This document shows positions 8,110-15,798 of a stretch of 23,838 nt of DNA, piece after piece. Origin of the DNA: an uncultured bacterium (lineage in GTDB: Bacteria > JAJVIF01 > JAPKYR01). The first letter of the stretch is position 1, and every line of letters begins with the position of its first letter. Location: positions 1-23,838 of the forward strand of contig CBDURU010000050.1 of the NCBI GenBank assembly GCA_965369865.1. The letters are read 5' to 3'. The position numbers and the translations under genes were made by a program. The notes beneath the pieces were generated by a model. It had not been told where the DNA came from. It searched no databases and worked only from the letters and a program-made list of their open reading frames with translations.

Positions 8110-9000
8110 TCAGGAACCAGCAGGCTGACCGGTTGGCGCAGGGATTTTGGGGGGTACAAAAAGCCTCTTCATGCCAAGCTTTGATTCATCTATACCCAGA
8201 GCTAATCCCATTAACTGGGTATAATACGCAACCGGCATCTCTTCATTGAAATCATATTTAGCCCTGATTTTGTCCTGGAAACATTCAAGGTTGAACTGGC
8301 AGAGCGGACATGCCGTGGCAATTACATCGGCTCCCGCTTTCCAGGCTTCCTTCAGAAGAATATAATTCAATTCCTTGCCGGCACCGGTGGACCATGTGAG
8401 CATCCCTCCGCAGCACCTCGTTTTACAGGGCCAGTCGATAATCTCAGCTCCCATCGCCTTCAAAATTTTATCCATCGTAACAGGATTACTGGGTTCATCG
8501 AATTCCGAATAGGGCCTGACTATCTGACAGCCGTAATAGCATGCGACTTTTAAACCTTCCAAAGGTCTGACTGTCAATTCCTTCAATTTATCAAGGCCGA
8601 TATCGTTGACAAAGATGTCCAGTGGATTCCGTACTTCGCATTTACCTTTATACTCGAGGTCAGCGGCTTTGAGTGCCCTCCGGATCTGACTGCCGATTTT
8701 CGCATCCGCCTCTGCATATCGCTTGGCTTTAAGAAGCCCTAGATAACACGCGCTGCACGGAGCGACAATGTGAATTTCATCTTCGTCCGGATACTGATCC
8801 TCGGCAATTGCAAGGTTCCGGGCCGCAAGGGCAAACGCCTTGGCTTCATCTACCGCCATATAGGCAGTCGCTCCGCAGCAGTTCCAGTCATCGAGTTCTA
8901 CCATGCCGGAATCGAGAGCCTTGAAAACCTCCACAACAGATTCGTCGTACGCCTTCCCGGTACCGCCCGCAGAACATCCTGGATAATATAAATATTTCAT
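8110..9000 (-). CDS. hdrB: Heterodisulfide reductase subunit B family (two CCG domains)
   Basis: YYPGC...DWNCCG...APCSAC and YYGC...TRCCGG...TACPLCQFNL. ATG 9000 (MKYLYYPGC) follows GAAGG. Confidence 0.93.
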   Translation of the reverse strand: MKYLYYPGCSAGGTGKAYDESVVEVFKALDSGMVELDDWNCCGATAYMAVDEAKAFALAARNLAIAEDQYPDEDEIHIVAPCSACYLGLLKAKRYAEADAKIGSQIRRALKAADLEYKGKCEVRNPLDIFVNDIGLDKLKELTVRPLEGLKVACYYGCQIVRPYSEFDEPSNPVTMDKILKAMGAEIIDWPCKTRCCGGMLTWSTGAGKELNYILLKEAWKAGADVIATACPLCQFNLECFQDKIRAKYDFNEEMPVAYYTQLMGLALGIDESKLGMKRLFVPPKIPAPTGQPAGS

Positions 9001-9015
9001 AGTCTTACCTTCCAA

Positions 9016-9627
9016 TCAGGCGGAGGCTTCCTCTCGTTCTATCTCGTCGCAGGCATCCATAATTTTTTTCAGGTCACCCTTTTTCCCTGTTCCTACTTCA
9101 ATTGCTTTATCAAATATTGGCAGGCGCCCCTGTGCCATCAGCTTGATACCCATGGTGGCAAGCCCGAGCCCGATCAACCAGTTGGTCTTTAGTATGGTAA
9201 TCGCGATCAGCCACATTTCATGATTGCGTCCGCGTTTTTTAACGATGTTGAAAAATTCCCTGTCCAGCACTGGAACAGGCAGTTTCTTCGGGCTTTTCCC
9301 TTCCAGCAAAGCCTGCTGCTTGAGAGCGTACATGACATCGGTGATTTTTATCTCCTTTGGACACTCAACCGCGCATTCGTAGCATGACGCACACAGCCAG
9401 ATCGTTTTGCATTTGAGAACATCCTTTTTATTTCCAGCCCTGACCATGGCAATAATTTTCCGTGGACCATAATCCATGTATTCGCTTAATGGACATGTTC
9501 CCGTACATGTTCCACATTGAATGCATCTTCTCAGGTTCTCGCCCCAGGCTTTCCGTGTCATTCTTTCGGCGAAAACCGGGTCGAGTTCCATCTGTTCAAG
9601 TGCCAGTTGGTCTCCCCATTTATCCAT
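9016..9627 (-). CDS. hdrC: Heterodisulfide reductase subunit C family (2x[4Fe-4S])
   Basis: CIQCGTCTGTCP and IWLCASCYECAVECP ferredoxin motifs, directly upstream of hdrB, SD AGGAG. Confidence 0.92.
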   Translation of the reverse strand: MDKWGDQLALEQMELDPVFAERMTRKAWGENLRRCIQCGTCTGTCPLSEYMDYGPRKIIAMVRAGNKKDVLKCKTIWLCASCYECAVECPKEIKITDVMYALKQQALLEGKSPKKLPVPVLDREFFNIVKKRGRNHEMWLIAITILKTNWLIGLGLATMGIKLMAQGRLPIFDKAIEVGTGKKGDLKKIMDACDEIEREEASA

Positions 9628-9742
9628 GAGAAGTCTCCTTACTTTATACAGCTTTAATTGAATCGCCAGGACGTGGGGATCTGGACAGAATTTTTAATAA
9701 TTAATTACGAGATAAAACCGGTCCGGCCCATAAAATCCAGGC

Positions 9743-9760
9743 TTGCGAGTAATTTCACAA
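9743..9760. promoter_or_regulatory. Putative Rex (or CRP/FNR-family) operator TTGCGAGTAATTTCACAA
   Basis: 12 of 14 matches to the Rex consensus TTGTGAA-N4-TTCACAA. It lies 3 nt downstream of the hdrC -10 box. Confidence 0.55.
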
Positions 9761-9763
9761 ACC

Positions 9764-9792
9764 AACATATCATTTTATTTTACCATGGTCAA
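9764..9792 (-). promoter_or_regulatory. sigma70 promoter TTGACC-N17-TATGTT with extended -10 TG, for hdrCB
   Basis: Minus strand reads TTGACC-ATGGTAAAATAAAATGA-TATGTT. Confidence 0.6.
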
Positions 9793-9943
9793 GTATCTTT
9801 GGCATGGTTTGAAAGTTCGGCCTGTGAAAATAATGTAAAAAGGAAAAATACTCTTAATGAGGGGAGAATTCAAGTAAGTTTTCAAGAATTATGTGTGGTG
9901 TGAATCACACTTAACAGGCGGCATGAAGATACGTAATTTTTCT

Positions 9944-9996
9944 GTAGGGGCAGTGCTTGGCCTGCCCTCTCCACGCGCAGCAAGCAGCGCTCCTAC
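9944..9996. repeat. Inverted pair of GTAG-type REP sequences (REPIN-like)
   Basis: GTAGGGGCAGTGCTTGGCCTGCCC on the plus strand and GTAGGAGCGCTGCTTGCTGCGC on the minus strand. Each is GTAG followed by an imperfect palindrome. Confidence 0.7.
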
Positions 9997-10076
9997 TATC
10001 TAATAAAACATACTTGCATCATGCGCGGTTTAGTAATTAATAGGATTGATCTGAGGAATTTGTTATTGGAAATGCC

Positions 10077-10643
10077 TTATGATGCAATGAGGTTATTAAT
10101 AACCTGCAAGAGCCTTTCAGGTTGAATTGGTTTAGCGATGTAATCATCAGCGCCGAACCGGATTGCCCTGAGGATTGCATCCTTGTTACGGTTGAAACTT
10201 AGAATCACAATTTTGACGGTGGGGTCGTTTTGTTTAATATGGGAAGCTGCTTGAATTCCGTCCACAATAGGAAGATCGGAATCAAGGACAACAAGGTCGG
10301 GTTTTGTATCTGCAGATAATCGAATTGCCTCCTGACCATCATGCGAAGTTCCAACAATTTCATAACCGTTGGATTTCAACAGGCTGGCCATCTGGCGCTG
10401 CAGGTAGTCCGAACCCATCGCCACGAGGATTCCTTTGCCATCCGCGTTGCGTTTTGGTGATATCTCATGCGAACTTGTTTTTCTCGAATCAGATTTATCT
10501 GATTTGATATTTTTATTGAGCTTCTCAATCTTTAAGTTCAGTTTGGCTATCTGCTCTTCCCTTTCCATACACATTTCGAGAAGGTGCTCGATAACCTCAA
10601 GGACCTCAGGATCTTTCAAAGGCTCATTTTGTTTCTCAACCAT
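10077..10643 (-). CDS. Response regulator receiver-domain protein with N-terminal coiled coil (atypical REC)
   Basis: DGQEAI, PDLVVLDSDLPIVDG, VILS and GADDYIAKP are present. The beta1 acidic pair is replaced (ILVAMG). N-terminal heptad-like REEQIAKLNLKIEKLNKNIK. Confidence 0.88.
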   Translation of the reverse strand: MVEKQNEPLKDPEVLEVIEHLLEMCMEREEQIAKLNLKIEKLNKNIKSDKSDSRKTSSHEISPKRNADGKGILVAMGSDYLQRQMASLLKSNGYEIVGTSHDGQEAIRLSADTKPDLVVLDSDLPIVDGIQAASHIKQNDPTVKIVILSFNRNKDAILRAIRFGADDYIAKPIQPERLLQVINNLIAS

Positions 10644-10920
10644 GGCACATTTTCCTATTTTCTAAACAAAATTTATTCAAGTCCTTCTACCCACCTTTTT
10701 CCCCTGTGATTCAGTTCTGCATTTATTACCACAAAGGTTTTCTACAGGATGTATTCCTGGTATCCCCTAATATATATGTCACGTCATATCCAGCCTGGGT
10801 ACTTTATTCAAATTTATTTAACCAATAGATTTCAGATTATTTATTAAATCAGGTTTAAGGTAATTTTAGGTGAATGAATATTTTCGAAGAAGTGGGGATA
10901 ATTACTTCCCTGATTAATGA

Positions 10921-10956
10921 GAAAATCGGCCTGGTTCCCAGGCCGGTTCATTTTTA
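10921..10956 (-). terminator. Rho-independent terminator after the aminotransferase gene
   Basis: CGGCCTGG-TTC-CCAGGCCG stem with flanking A/T runs, about 30 nt past the stop. Confidence 0.7.
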
Positions 10957-10977
10957 AAATTATATCGAGTCTAAGGA

Positions 10978-12294
10978 TTATAGATCTTCTAAAAATATTT
11001 TCCTCATTAAACCCAACGCGAAATCAAGGTCCTCCTTCGTGGCAACAATCGGGGGAGTGAACCTCAGGACCCATTGATGCGACTCCTTGATTATCATCCC
11101 CTCTTCAAAAAATTTCTCCGCGAAATGATGGCCGTCAGGAGCATCGGTTTTAATCTGGATTCCTATCATCATGCCCTTGCCGCGCACTGTTTTGATGTAC
11201 TTTGATTCCTCCGCGATCTCCACAAGCTGAGAGAGGACATATTTGCCTTTATCCGCGGACTGTTTCGGGAGATTCTCCATTTCGATCGCGTGCAGGGCAG
11301 CGTAGGCGATCGCCGATGAGATCGGGCATCCGCCGTAGGTGCTCCCATGAGATCCGGGATCGAACAGGTCCATCAGCTTTTTATCCGCAAGTATTCCGGA
11401 CACGGGTGCGAATCCGCCGGAGATAGATTTTCCGACGCAGAGAATGTCCGGACGGCATTTCTCGCCGTCGTGTTCCCACGCGAATAATTTTCCGGTACGT
11501 CCCCATCCGGTCTGGACCTCGTCATAGATCACCAGGATATTATTTTCCTTCGCGATCCCGTGCAATTCCGGGAGATAACCATCGGGAGAAATATTGATCC
11601 CGCCCTCTCCCTGGATGGGTTCGATGAGAATCGCGATTGTATTTTCGTTGATGTTCTTTTTAAGGGCGGGGATGTCTCCGAAAGGAACTTCGATGAATCC
11701 TGTCACGAAAGGTTCAAAACCATCGAGCGAAACCTCTTCACCAAGCATCTGTGTTACCGTCAGCGTACGACCGTGGAAACATCCGGTAAAAAATATAATC
11801 TCAGGTACACCCTTGACCTTTTTCACCTTGTATCCCCACCGTCTGGCCAGTTTTATAGCGGCTTCCGGAGCCTCGACGCCGCCGTTCGCCGGGAGGAAAC
11901 TCTCGTACCCGGTCATTTCAGTGATTTTCTTACCGAGAAGCGCGAGAAACGGATCGGGCAGGAATCTCCCGAGTACGGGTGGGGACTGGTGAGCGAGGAA
12001 ATGCACGAGCATATCCCGGACGAGCGGGTGGTTGTGTCCGAGGTTGGCAGCGGAATATGCCGCGACGCCATCGAATATTTTCCTTCCGGTACGTGTATAA
12101 AGCCATGGTCCCTCGGCACGGATGATGGGATCTTCCATTAGAAGCCCGTAATTATGGGCGATAGTTGAGTTAAGAAGATCGATTGTTTCATCGGCTGGGA
12201 GGTTCAGGCCTTCGAGATAAATTTCCTGCGCTTTAGCCTGGATTTCAATGGGGTCGAGCAGGTTGGCATTTATTGACGTGTCTATGTCAGACAT
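10978..12294 (-). CDS. rocD: Ornithine--oxo-acid aminotransferase (class III PLP aminotransferase)
   Basis: OAT-type AHNY and AYSAANLGHNHP, KLARRWGYKVK, FHGRT, EPIQGEGG, DEVQTGWGRTG, PLP lysine GKSISGG, PGSHGSTYGG. SD AAGGAG. Confidence 0.82.
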   Translation of the reverse strand: MSDIDTSINANLLDPIEIQAKAQEIYLEGLNLPADETIDLLNSTIAHNYGLLMEDPIIRAEGPWLYTRTGRKIFDGVAAYSAANLGHNHPLVRDMLVHFLAHQSPPVLGRFLPDPFLALLGKKITEMTGYESFLPANGGVEAPEAAIKLARRWGYKVKKVKGVPEIIFFTGCFHGRTLTVTQMLGEEVSLDGFEPFVTGFIEVPFGDIPALKKNINENTIAILIEPIQGEGGINISPDGYLPELHGIAKENNILVIYDEVQTGWGRTGKLFAWEHDGEKCRPDILCVGKSISGGFAPVSGILADKKLMDLFDPGSHGSTYGGCPISSAIAYAALHAIEMENLPKQSADKGKYVLSQLVEIAEESKYIKTVRGKGMMIGIQIKTDAPDGHHFAEKFFEEGMIIKESHQWVLRFTPPIVATKEDLDFALGLMRKIFLEDL

Positions 12295-12323
12295 GGTTTT
12301 CTCCTTTTTATTTAATTAATAAT

Positions 12324-12465
12324 AAAAAAAGGGGGTTGTCCCCATGGTGTGATTTGTTCATGAAACTACCCATGGGACGAACGCGTCGCTTCGCCACCAG
12401 CCCTTGTATGGTTTGGGGTGAAGGTGGCGGGTTTCGAGGAGGCTATGTCTTTTAATACCGGTCAT
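12324..12465 (-). promoter_or_regulatory. Structured 5' leader of rocD (two hairpins, U7 tract, 35-aa uORF): candidate attenuator or cis-regulatory RNA
   Basis: Stems CGCCACC/GGTGGCG (12429-12392) and GTCCCATGG/CCATGGGGAC (12378-12338), then CCCCC-U7 just before the SD. No known riboswitch family recognised. Confidence 0.45.
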
Positions 12466-12490
12466 TTCACAGGATTGATGATCTGATATG

Positions 12491-12519
12491 TTGACCATTG
12501 CCGGATAAGAATATATCAT
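12491..12519 (+). promoter_or_regulatory. sigma70 promoter TTGACC-N17-TATCAT
   Basis: Near-consensus hexamers with a 17-nt spacer, 38 nt upstream of ATG 12558. Confidence 0.6.
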
Positions 12520-12557
12520 GACTGGTCTATTCCCGCTACCCGGAAAGAGGAAATCTG

Positions 12558-13514
12558 ATGAAAGCACTTATCACCGGTATTACCGGATTTGTCGGAAGCC
12601 ATCTCGCCGAGCACCTGCTCAGTTTGAATTACGAGGTTTTCGGGTCGGTACGGTGGCGAAGCAAGCGCGACAATATCGATCATCTCGAACAGGATGGATC
12701 GATCAAACTTTTCGAGACGGATATAAAAGACCCGCTGAGTGTGAGGAAGACGGTCGCCGACTGCATGCCCGATGAGATATACCATCTCGCCGCGCAGAGT
12801 TTTGTTCCGACATCATGGTCGGCTCCGGCGGAAACTCTCGACACGAATATCCAGGGTCAATTGAATATTCTCGAGGCGGCGCGTGAAGTGGTCCCGAACG
12901 CCAGGATACATGTGGTTGGATCGAGCGAGGAATACGGACTTGTTTATCCGGATGAATGTCCCATGACCGAAACACAGCCATTAAGGCCGTTAAGCCCGTA
13001 CGGGGTCAGCAAAGTGGGGCAGGACCTTCTCGGCTGGCAGTATTTTCAGTCTTACGGCCTGCATGTAATTCGAACGCGCGCGTTCAATCACACCGGACCC
13101 CGTCGCGGCGAGGTTTTTGTCACATCGAGTTTCTCAAAGCAGCTTGCGGAAATAAAAAAGGGAATTACGGAACCGGTGATTAAGGTCGGCAATCTCGAGG
13201 CGAAACGTGATTTTTCGGATGTGCGCGATGTAGTAAAAGCCTACCAGATGGCGGTCAGTAAAGGCGAGCGGGGCGAGGTTTACAACATCTGTTCAGGGAT
13301 TGGACGGCCGATACAGTCTGTACTCGACCTCCTCCTGGAAATCACCGGCCTCGACGTAAAAATTGAAGAGGACCCGTCACGCATGCGTCCGAGCGATGTG
13401 ATGGTCCTTGAGGGTAGCTCCGATAAAATTAAAAGGGAAGTCGGCTGGGCGCCATCGATCACGTTCGAGAAGACGATGAAGGATCTATATGAATTCTGGC
13501 TTGAGAGGGTGTAG
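12558..13514 (+). CDS. rmd: GDP-mannose 4,6-dehydratase family extended SDR, most like GDP-4-keto-6-deoxy-D-mannose reductase (Rmd)
   Basis: GITGFVG (true GMDs have GITGQDG), HLAAQS, GSSEEYG, SPYGVSK, RAFNHTGP, VGNLEAKRDFSDVRD, RMRPSDV. Confidence 0.8.
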   Translation: MKALITGITGFVGSHLAEHLLSLNYEVFGSVRWRSKRDNIDHLEQDGSIKLFETDIKDPLSVRKTVADCMPDEIYHLAAQSFVPTSWSAPAETLDTNIQGQLNILEAAREVVPNARIHVVGSSEEYGLVYPDECPMTETQPLRPLSPYGVSKVGQDLLGWQYFQSYGLHVIRTRAFNHTGPRRGEVFVTSSFSKQLAEIKKGITEPVIKVGNLEAKRDFSDVRDVVKAYQMAVSKGERGEVYNICSGIGRPIQSVLDLLLEITGLDVKIEEDPSRMRPSDVMVLEGSSDKIKREVGWAPSITFEKTMKDLYEFWLERV

Positions 13515-13532
13515 GGTGGAAAGCATCGACCA

Positions 13533-14561
13533 CTAATTATCTTCCGGCACATAATTCTCGTACATCCCGTCGAGGCCGTTCGAGGGCGGTTCGTAGAGGG
13601 CGAAACTAAAGGTCAGGCCTATATTTATCACAGTCCTCGCAAAGTTATTATCCATGTCCAAAACCACAACGGATGACCCAGAAAATCCTCCAGTAGATGG
13701 TAAGCAACATGCCCATCTGCGTCCTACCTGGACAGCAATTGTATCGATTTCCCGGTGAAGCTTCTCCCCGGTTTCACTATCCAGGAACACCAGATCACCG
13801 TTAAAGTAACTACCACTTTTACTGTTTTCAACAATAACGGCAACCACATCGCCATCCGCACTCACACTCGGAGCAGCCCACATAGAAAGGTCTAACTCGC
13901 AGATTTTGCTCCAGGAGCCTTGATGAATATCATAACGCCAAATTTTTTCTAAACCAAAGGTGCATTTTGGGTTTTCACAGACAACCAGAACATTCCAATC
14001 AGTAGAAATGTCAGCTGGATTTAAGGGTGATAGCTCACCATCCTGCTCGCAGAGGTTGGGTATTTCCTCCCTGAAGTCAATTGTCCTCTCCTCATTTGTT
14101 AAATTATTTATTACAACACATTTTTCCCTGGACAGGACTATTTCCCATGTATGTAATATAAACGGGGCCAGGTACGAGGTAGATGATCCTCGAGGGTCCG
14201 CTATATACTCAACTTCTTCAGGTTTGTTGTCTGGAAACCTGTAAATGCCATGAATTGGCGGACCCGCAAGCAATTTATCATTAAACATATGCAGCGATCC
14301 ATCCTGATCGAATAGGAACAATTGCGGAAAATACGCAATATCAGTTGCTACTGGTATGGAAGTTCCATCTAGAGAATATCCATGTAGTGGAAATCCAAAA
14401 ATTGGATTGTAATTCTGTACTACAATTACTGGCTCATTGTTTGATGCAGCATTATCCAGTATTCCCCGGATGGTGCTATGATGGCTGGATGTAACGAATG
14501 CACCGATCGTCCAAAGAATCAGAAAATAGATGATGGGGATAATATAGTGCTTGTACCGCAT
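13533..14561 (-). CDS. Hypothetical membrane-anchored exported protein, probable beta-propeller
   Basis: 342-aa ORF with an N-terminal TM segment and propeller-like strands (IWRYDI, PSVSADGDVVAV, LVFLDSETGE). Start overlaps the upstream stop (TAATG). Confidence 0.72.
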   Translation of the reverse strand: MRYKHYIIPIIYFLILWTIGAFVTSSHHSTIRGILDNAASNNEPVIVVQNYNPIFGFPLHGYSLDGTSIPVATDIAYFPQLFLFDQDGSLHMFNDKLLAGPPIHGIYRFPDNKPEEVEYIADPRGSSTSYLAPFILHTWEIVLSREKCVVINNLTNEERTIDFREEIPNLCEQDGELSPLNPADISTDWNVLVVCENPKCTFGLEKIWRYDIHQGSWSKICELDLSMWAAPSVSADGDVVAVIVENSKSGSYFNGDLVFLDSETGEKLHREIDTIAVQVGRRWACCLPSTGGFSGSSVVVLDMDNNFARTVINIGLTFSFALYEPPSNGLDGMYENYVPEDN

Positions 14562-15328
14562 TACTTCCTCCTACCCCATACACTACATGCAAGAACCATA
14601 ATCAGAAACCATAATAGTAAGCCTGCGCTCCCGATAAGCTCAAGCCAGTCCGGCAGGATCCTTGTGGTTGCCAGGATTAACTGAAGGAAATTTGTTGTGC
14701 CACCTGTAAGTTTAAAAATTCCAAGAATGCATATCACCTGGATCGCAGGGGATAAATAATATTGCACCATGTATGCAACAGTATTGCCCTTGGAATGGCT
14801 TCCGCAAAGAAACCCCCAGGAACTCCATAGTGCCATCCAGCCAACCAACTCTGCAAAAGCCAGGAAAATCATCCCCGGTGTGATAGTTGTTTCCATTTCA
14901 AATGTAAGGGGTCTGTATTTCGCGAGTCCAGCAAAGATAAATAGTAACGGCAGAAAAAACTGGAACCAGGTTAGAAATACCGCCATAAGTTTCGGCCACA
15001 ATAGATTGAAAGGACCAATAGGAATGATCCTAAGTGCGTCATCGTTGAAACCCGTTGTCACAAGAGCTGCATTTACCCAGGTAGCGACCAGTATCGGCGT
15101 CAGGATAATCAGGCACCCCCAGACAATCAAGAATAAAAATGGATTCAGGAAAATTAACTGGTATCCATGCAATCTGGATACTAACCAAGTTACACATATT
15201 AGCCACCAGAACATCTCCCAGCCCCTCAACGCGCGACTTTTCCAGATACGGTTGTAGGCTAACCGGAAGAGAGTCAGGAAGGTGGATGCAGGCCTGTAAG
15301 ACGATTTTGATTCTGCACTTGATGCCAT
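14561..15328 (-). CDS. Hypothetical integral membrane protein (ABC-2 permease-like)
   Basis: About 6 hydrophobic segments. LRIIPIGPFNLLWPKL resembles the ABC-2 permease L..TP......L..K loop. Confidence 0.7.
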   Translation of the reverse strand: MASSAESKSSYRPASTFLTLFRLAYNRIWKSRALRGWEMFWWLICVTWLVSRLHGYQLIFLNPFLFLIVWGCLIILTPILVATWVNAALVTTGFNDDALRIIPIGPFNLLWPKLMAVFLTWFQFFLPLLFIFAGLAKYRPLTFEMETTITPGMIFLAFAELVGWMALWSSWGFLCGSHSKGNTVAYMVQYYLSPAIQVICILGIFKLTGGTTNFLQLILATTRILPDWLELIGSAGLLLWFLIMVLACSVWGRRK

Positions 15329-15412
15329 AGTTGGTGATTTATAAGTTTACCATGTAATTAAGGGGAAATGTAATGCAGGAGGATTGGAAGTTGTGTAAAT
15401 TATTTAATGGAG

Positions 15413-15434
15413 GCAGGCGGGACGCCTGCGCTAC
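15413..15434 (-). repeat. GTAG-type REP sequence GTAGCGCAGGCGTCCCGCCTGC
   Basis: GTAG tetranucleotide followed by a perfect 7-bp stem with a TCC loop. Two related copies at 15646-15690. Confidence 0.7.
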
Positions 15435-15458
15435 GAAAAGATAAAAGAAAAAAGATTA

Positions 15459-15583
15459 ACCGGGACGGTTTTACAAAGGGTAACCGGGATGATTTTAAAT
15501 TGGGCATACCGGGATGATTTTAAATTGGGCATACCGGGATGATTTTACATTGGGCATACCGGGATGATTTTACATAAGGGCAT
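15459..15583 (+). repeat. Tandem repeat, 5 copies of about 25 bp (ACCGGGATGATTTTAMATTGGGCAT)
   Basis: Copies start at 15459, 15483, 15508, 15533 and 15558. The inner three are near-identical, the outer two are degenerate, and there are no spacers. Confidence 0.95.
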
Positions 15584-15645
15584 TTGTGGAAATTGAAAAT
15601 ACCAATTTTCTGGTTCGATTTCTGGATAAAGCGTCCTCGCTTCAC

Positions 15646-15690
15646 GTAACGCAGCCGTCCCGGCTGCAGTATCGCCGACATCCTGTCGGC
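15646..15690 (+). repeat. Two tandem 22-nt REP-like palindromes
   Basis: GTAACGCAGCCGTCCCGGCTGC (15646-15667) and GTATCGCCGACATCCTGTCGGC (15669-15690), with the same architecture as the element at 15413-15434. Confidence 0.7.
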
Positions 15691-15798
15691 TTGATTGATA
15701 AAAATTTCCACCTGAATTTCCTCTTAGATTACTTAAATTTCCTTTAAGGTCATCCATATTATGCCGATATGGGATATGAAGGACCAGGTGTTTTATCC

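Noticed and set aside
8110..9627. Selenocysteine or stop-codon recoding in the hdr genes
   Set aside because: All expected Cys motifs are encoded as Cys, and the ORFs are full length with no in-frame TGA.
9658..9903. 81-aa plus-strand ORF upstream of hdrC
   Set aside because: TTG start without SD, overlaps the hdrC promoter and operator, no recognisable motif.
11202..12141. Long antisense ORFs over rocD (and similar ones over ald and the lipoprotein gene)
   Set aside because: Shadow frames of well-supported genes, with no motifs or SD.
12324..12465. Known riboswitches or ncRNAs (T-box, SAM-I, lysine, glycine, c-di-AMP, c-di-GMP, guanidine, SRP)
   Set aside because: Their hallmark consensus sequences were not found by eye on either strand. 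An Rfam scan is needed to be certain.
15459..15583. CRISPR array
   Set aside because: The units are contiguous with no unique spacers, and no cas genes are in the window.
15520..15757. Short minus-strand ORFs (63 and 70 aa)
   Set aside because: They are read through REP palindromes and the tandem repeat, with no protein-like features.
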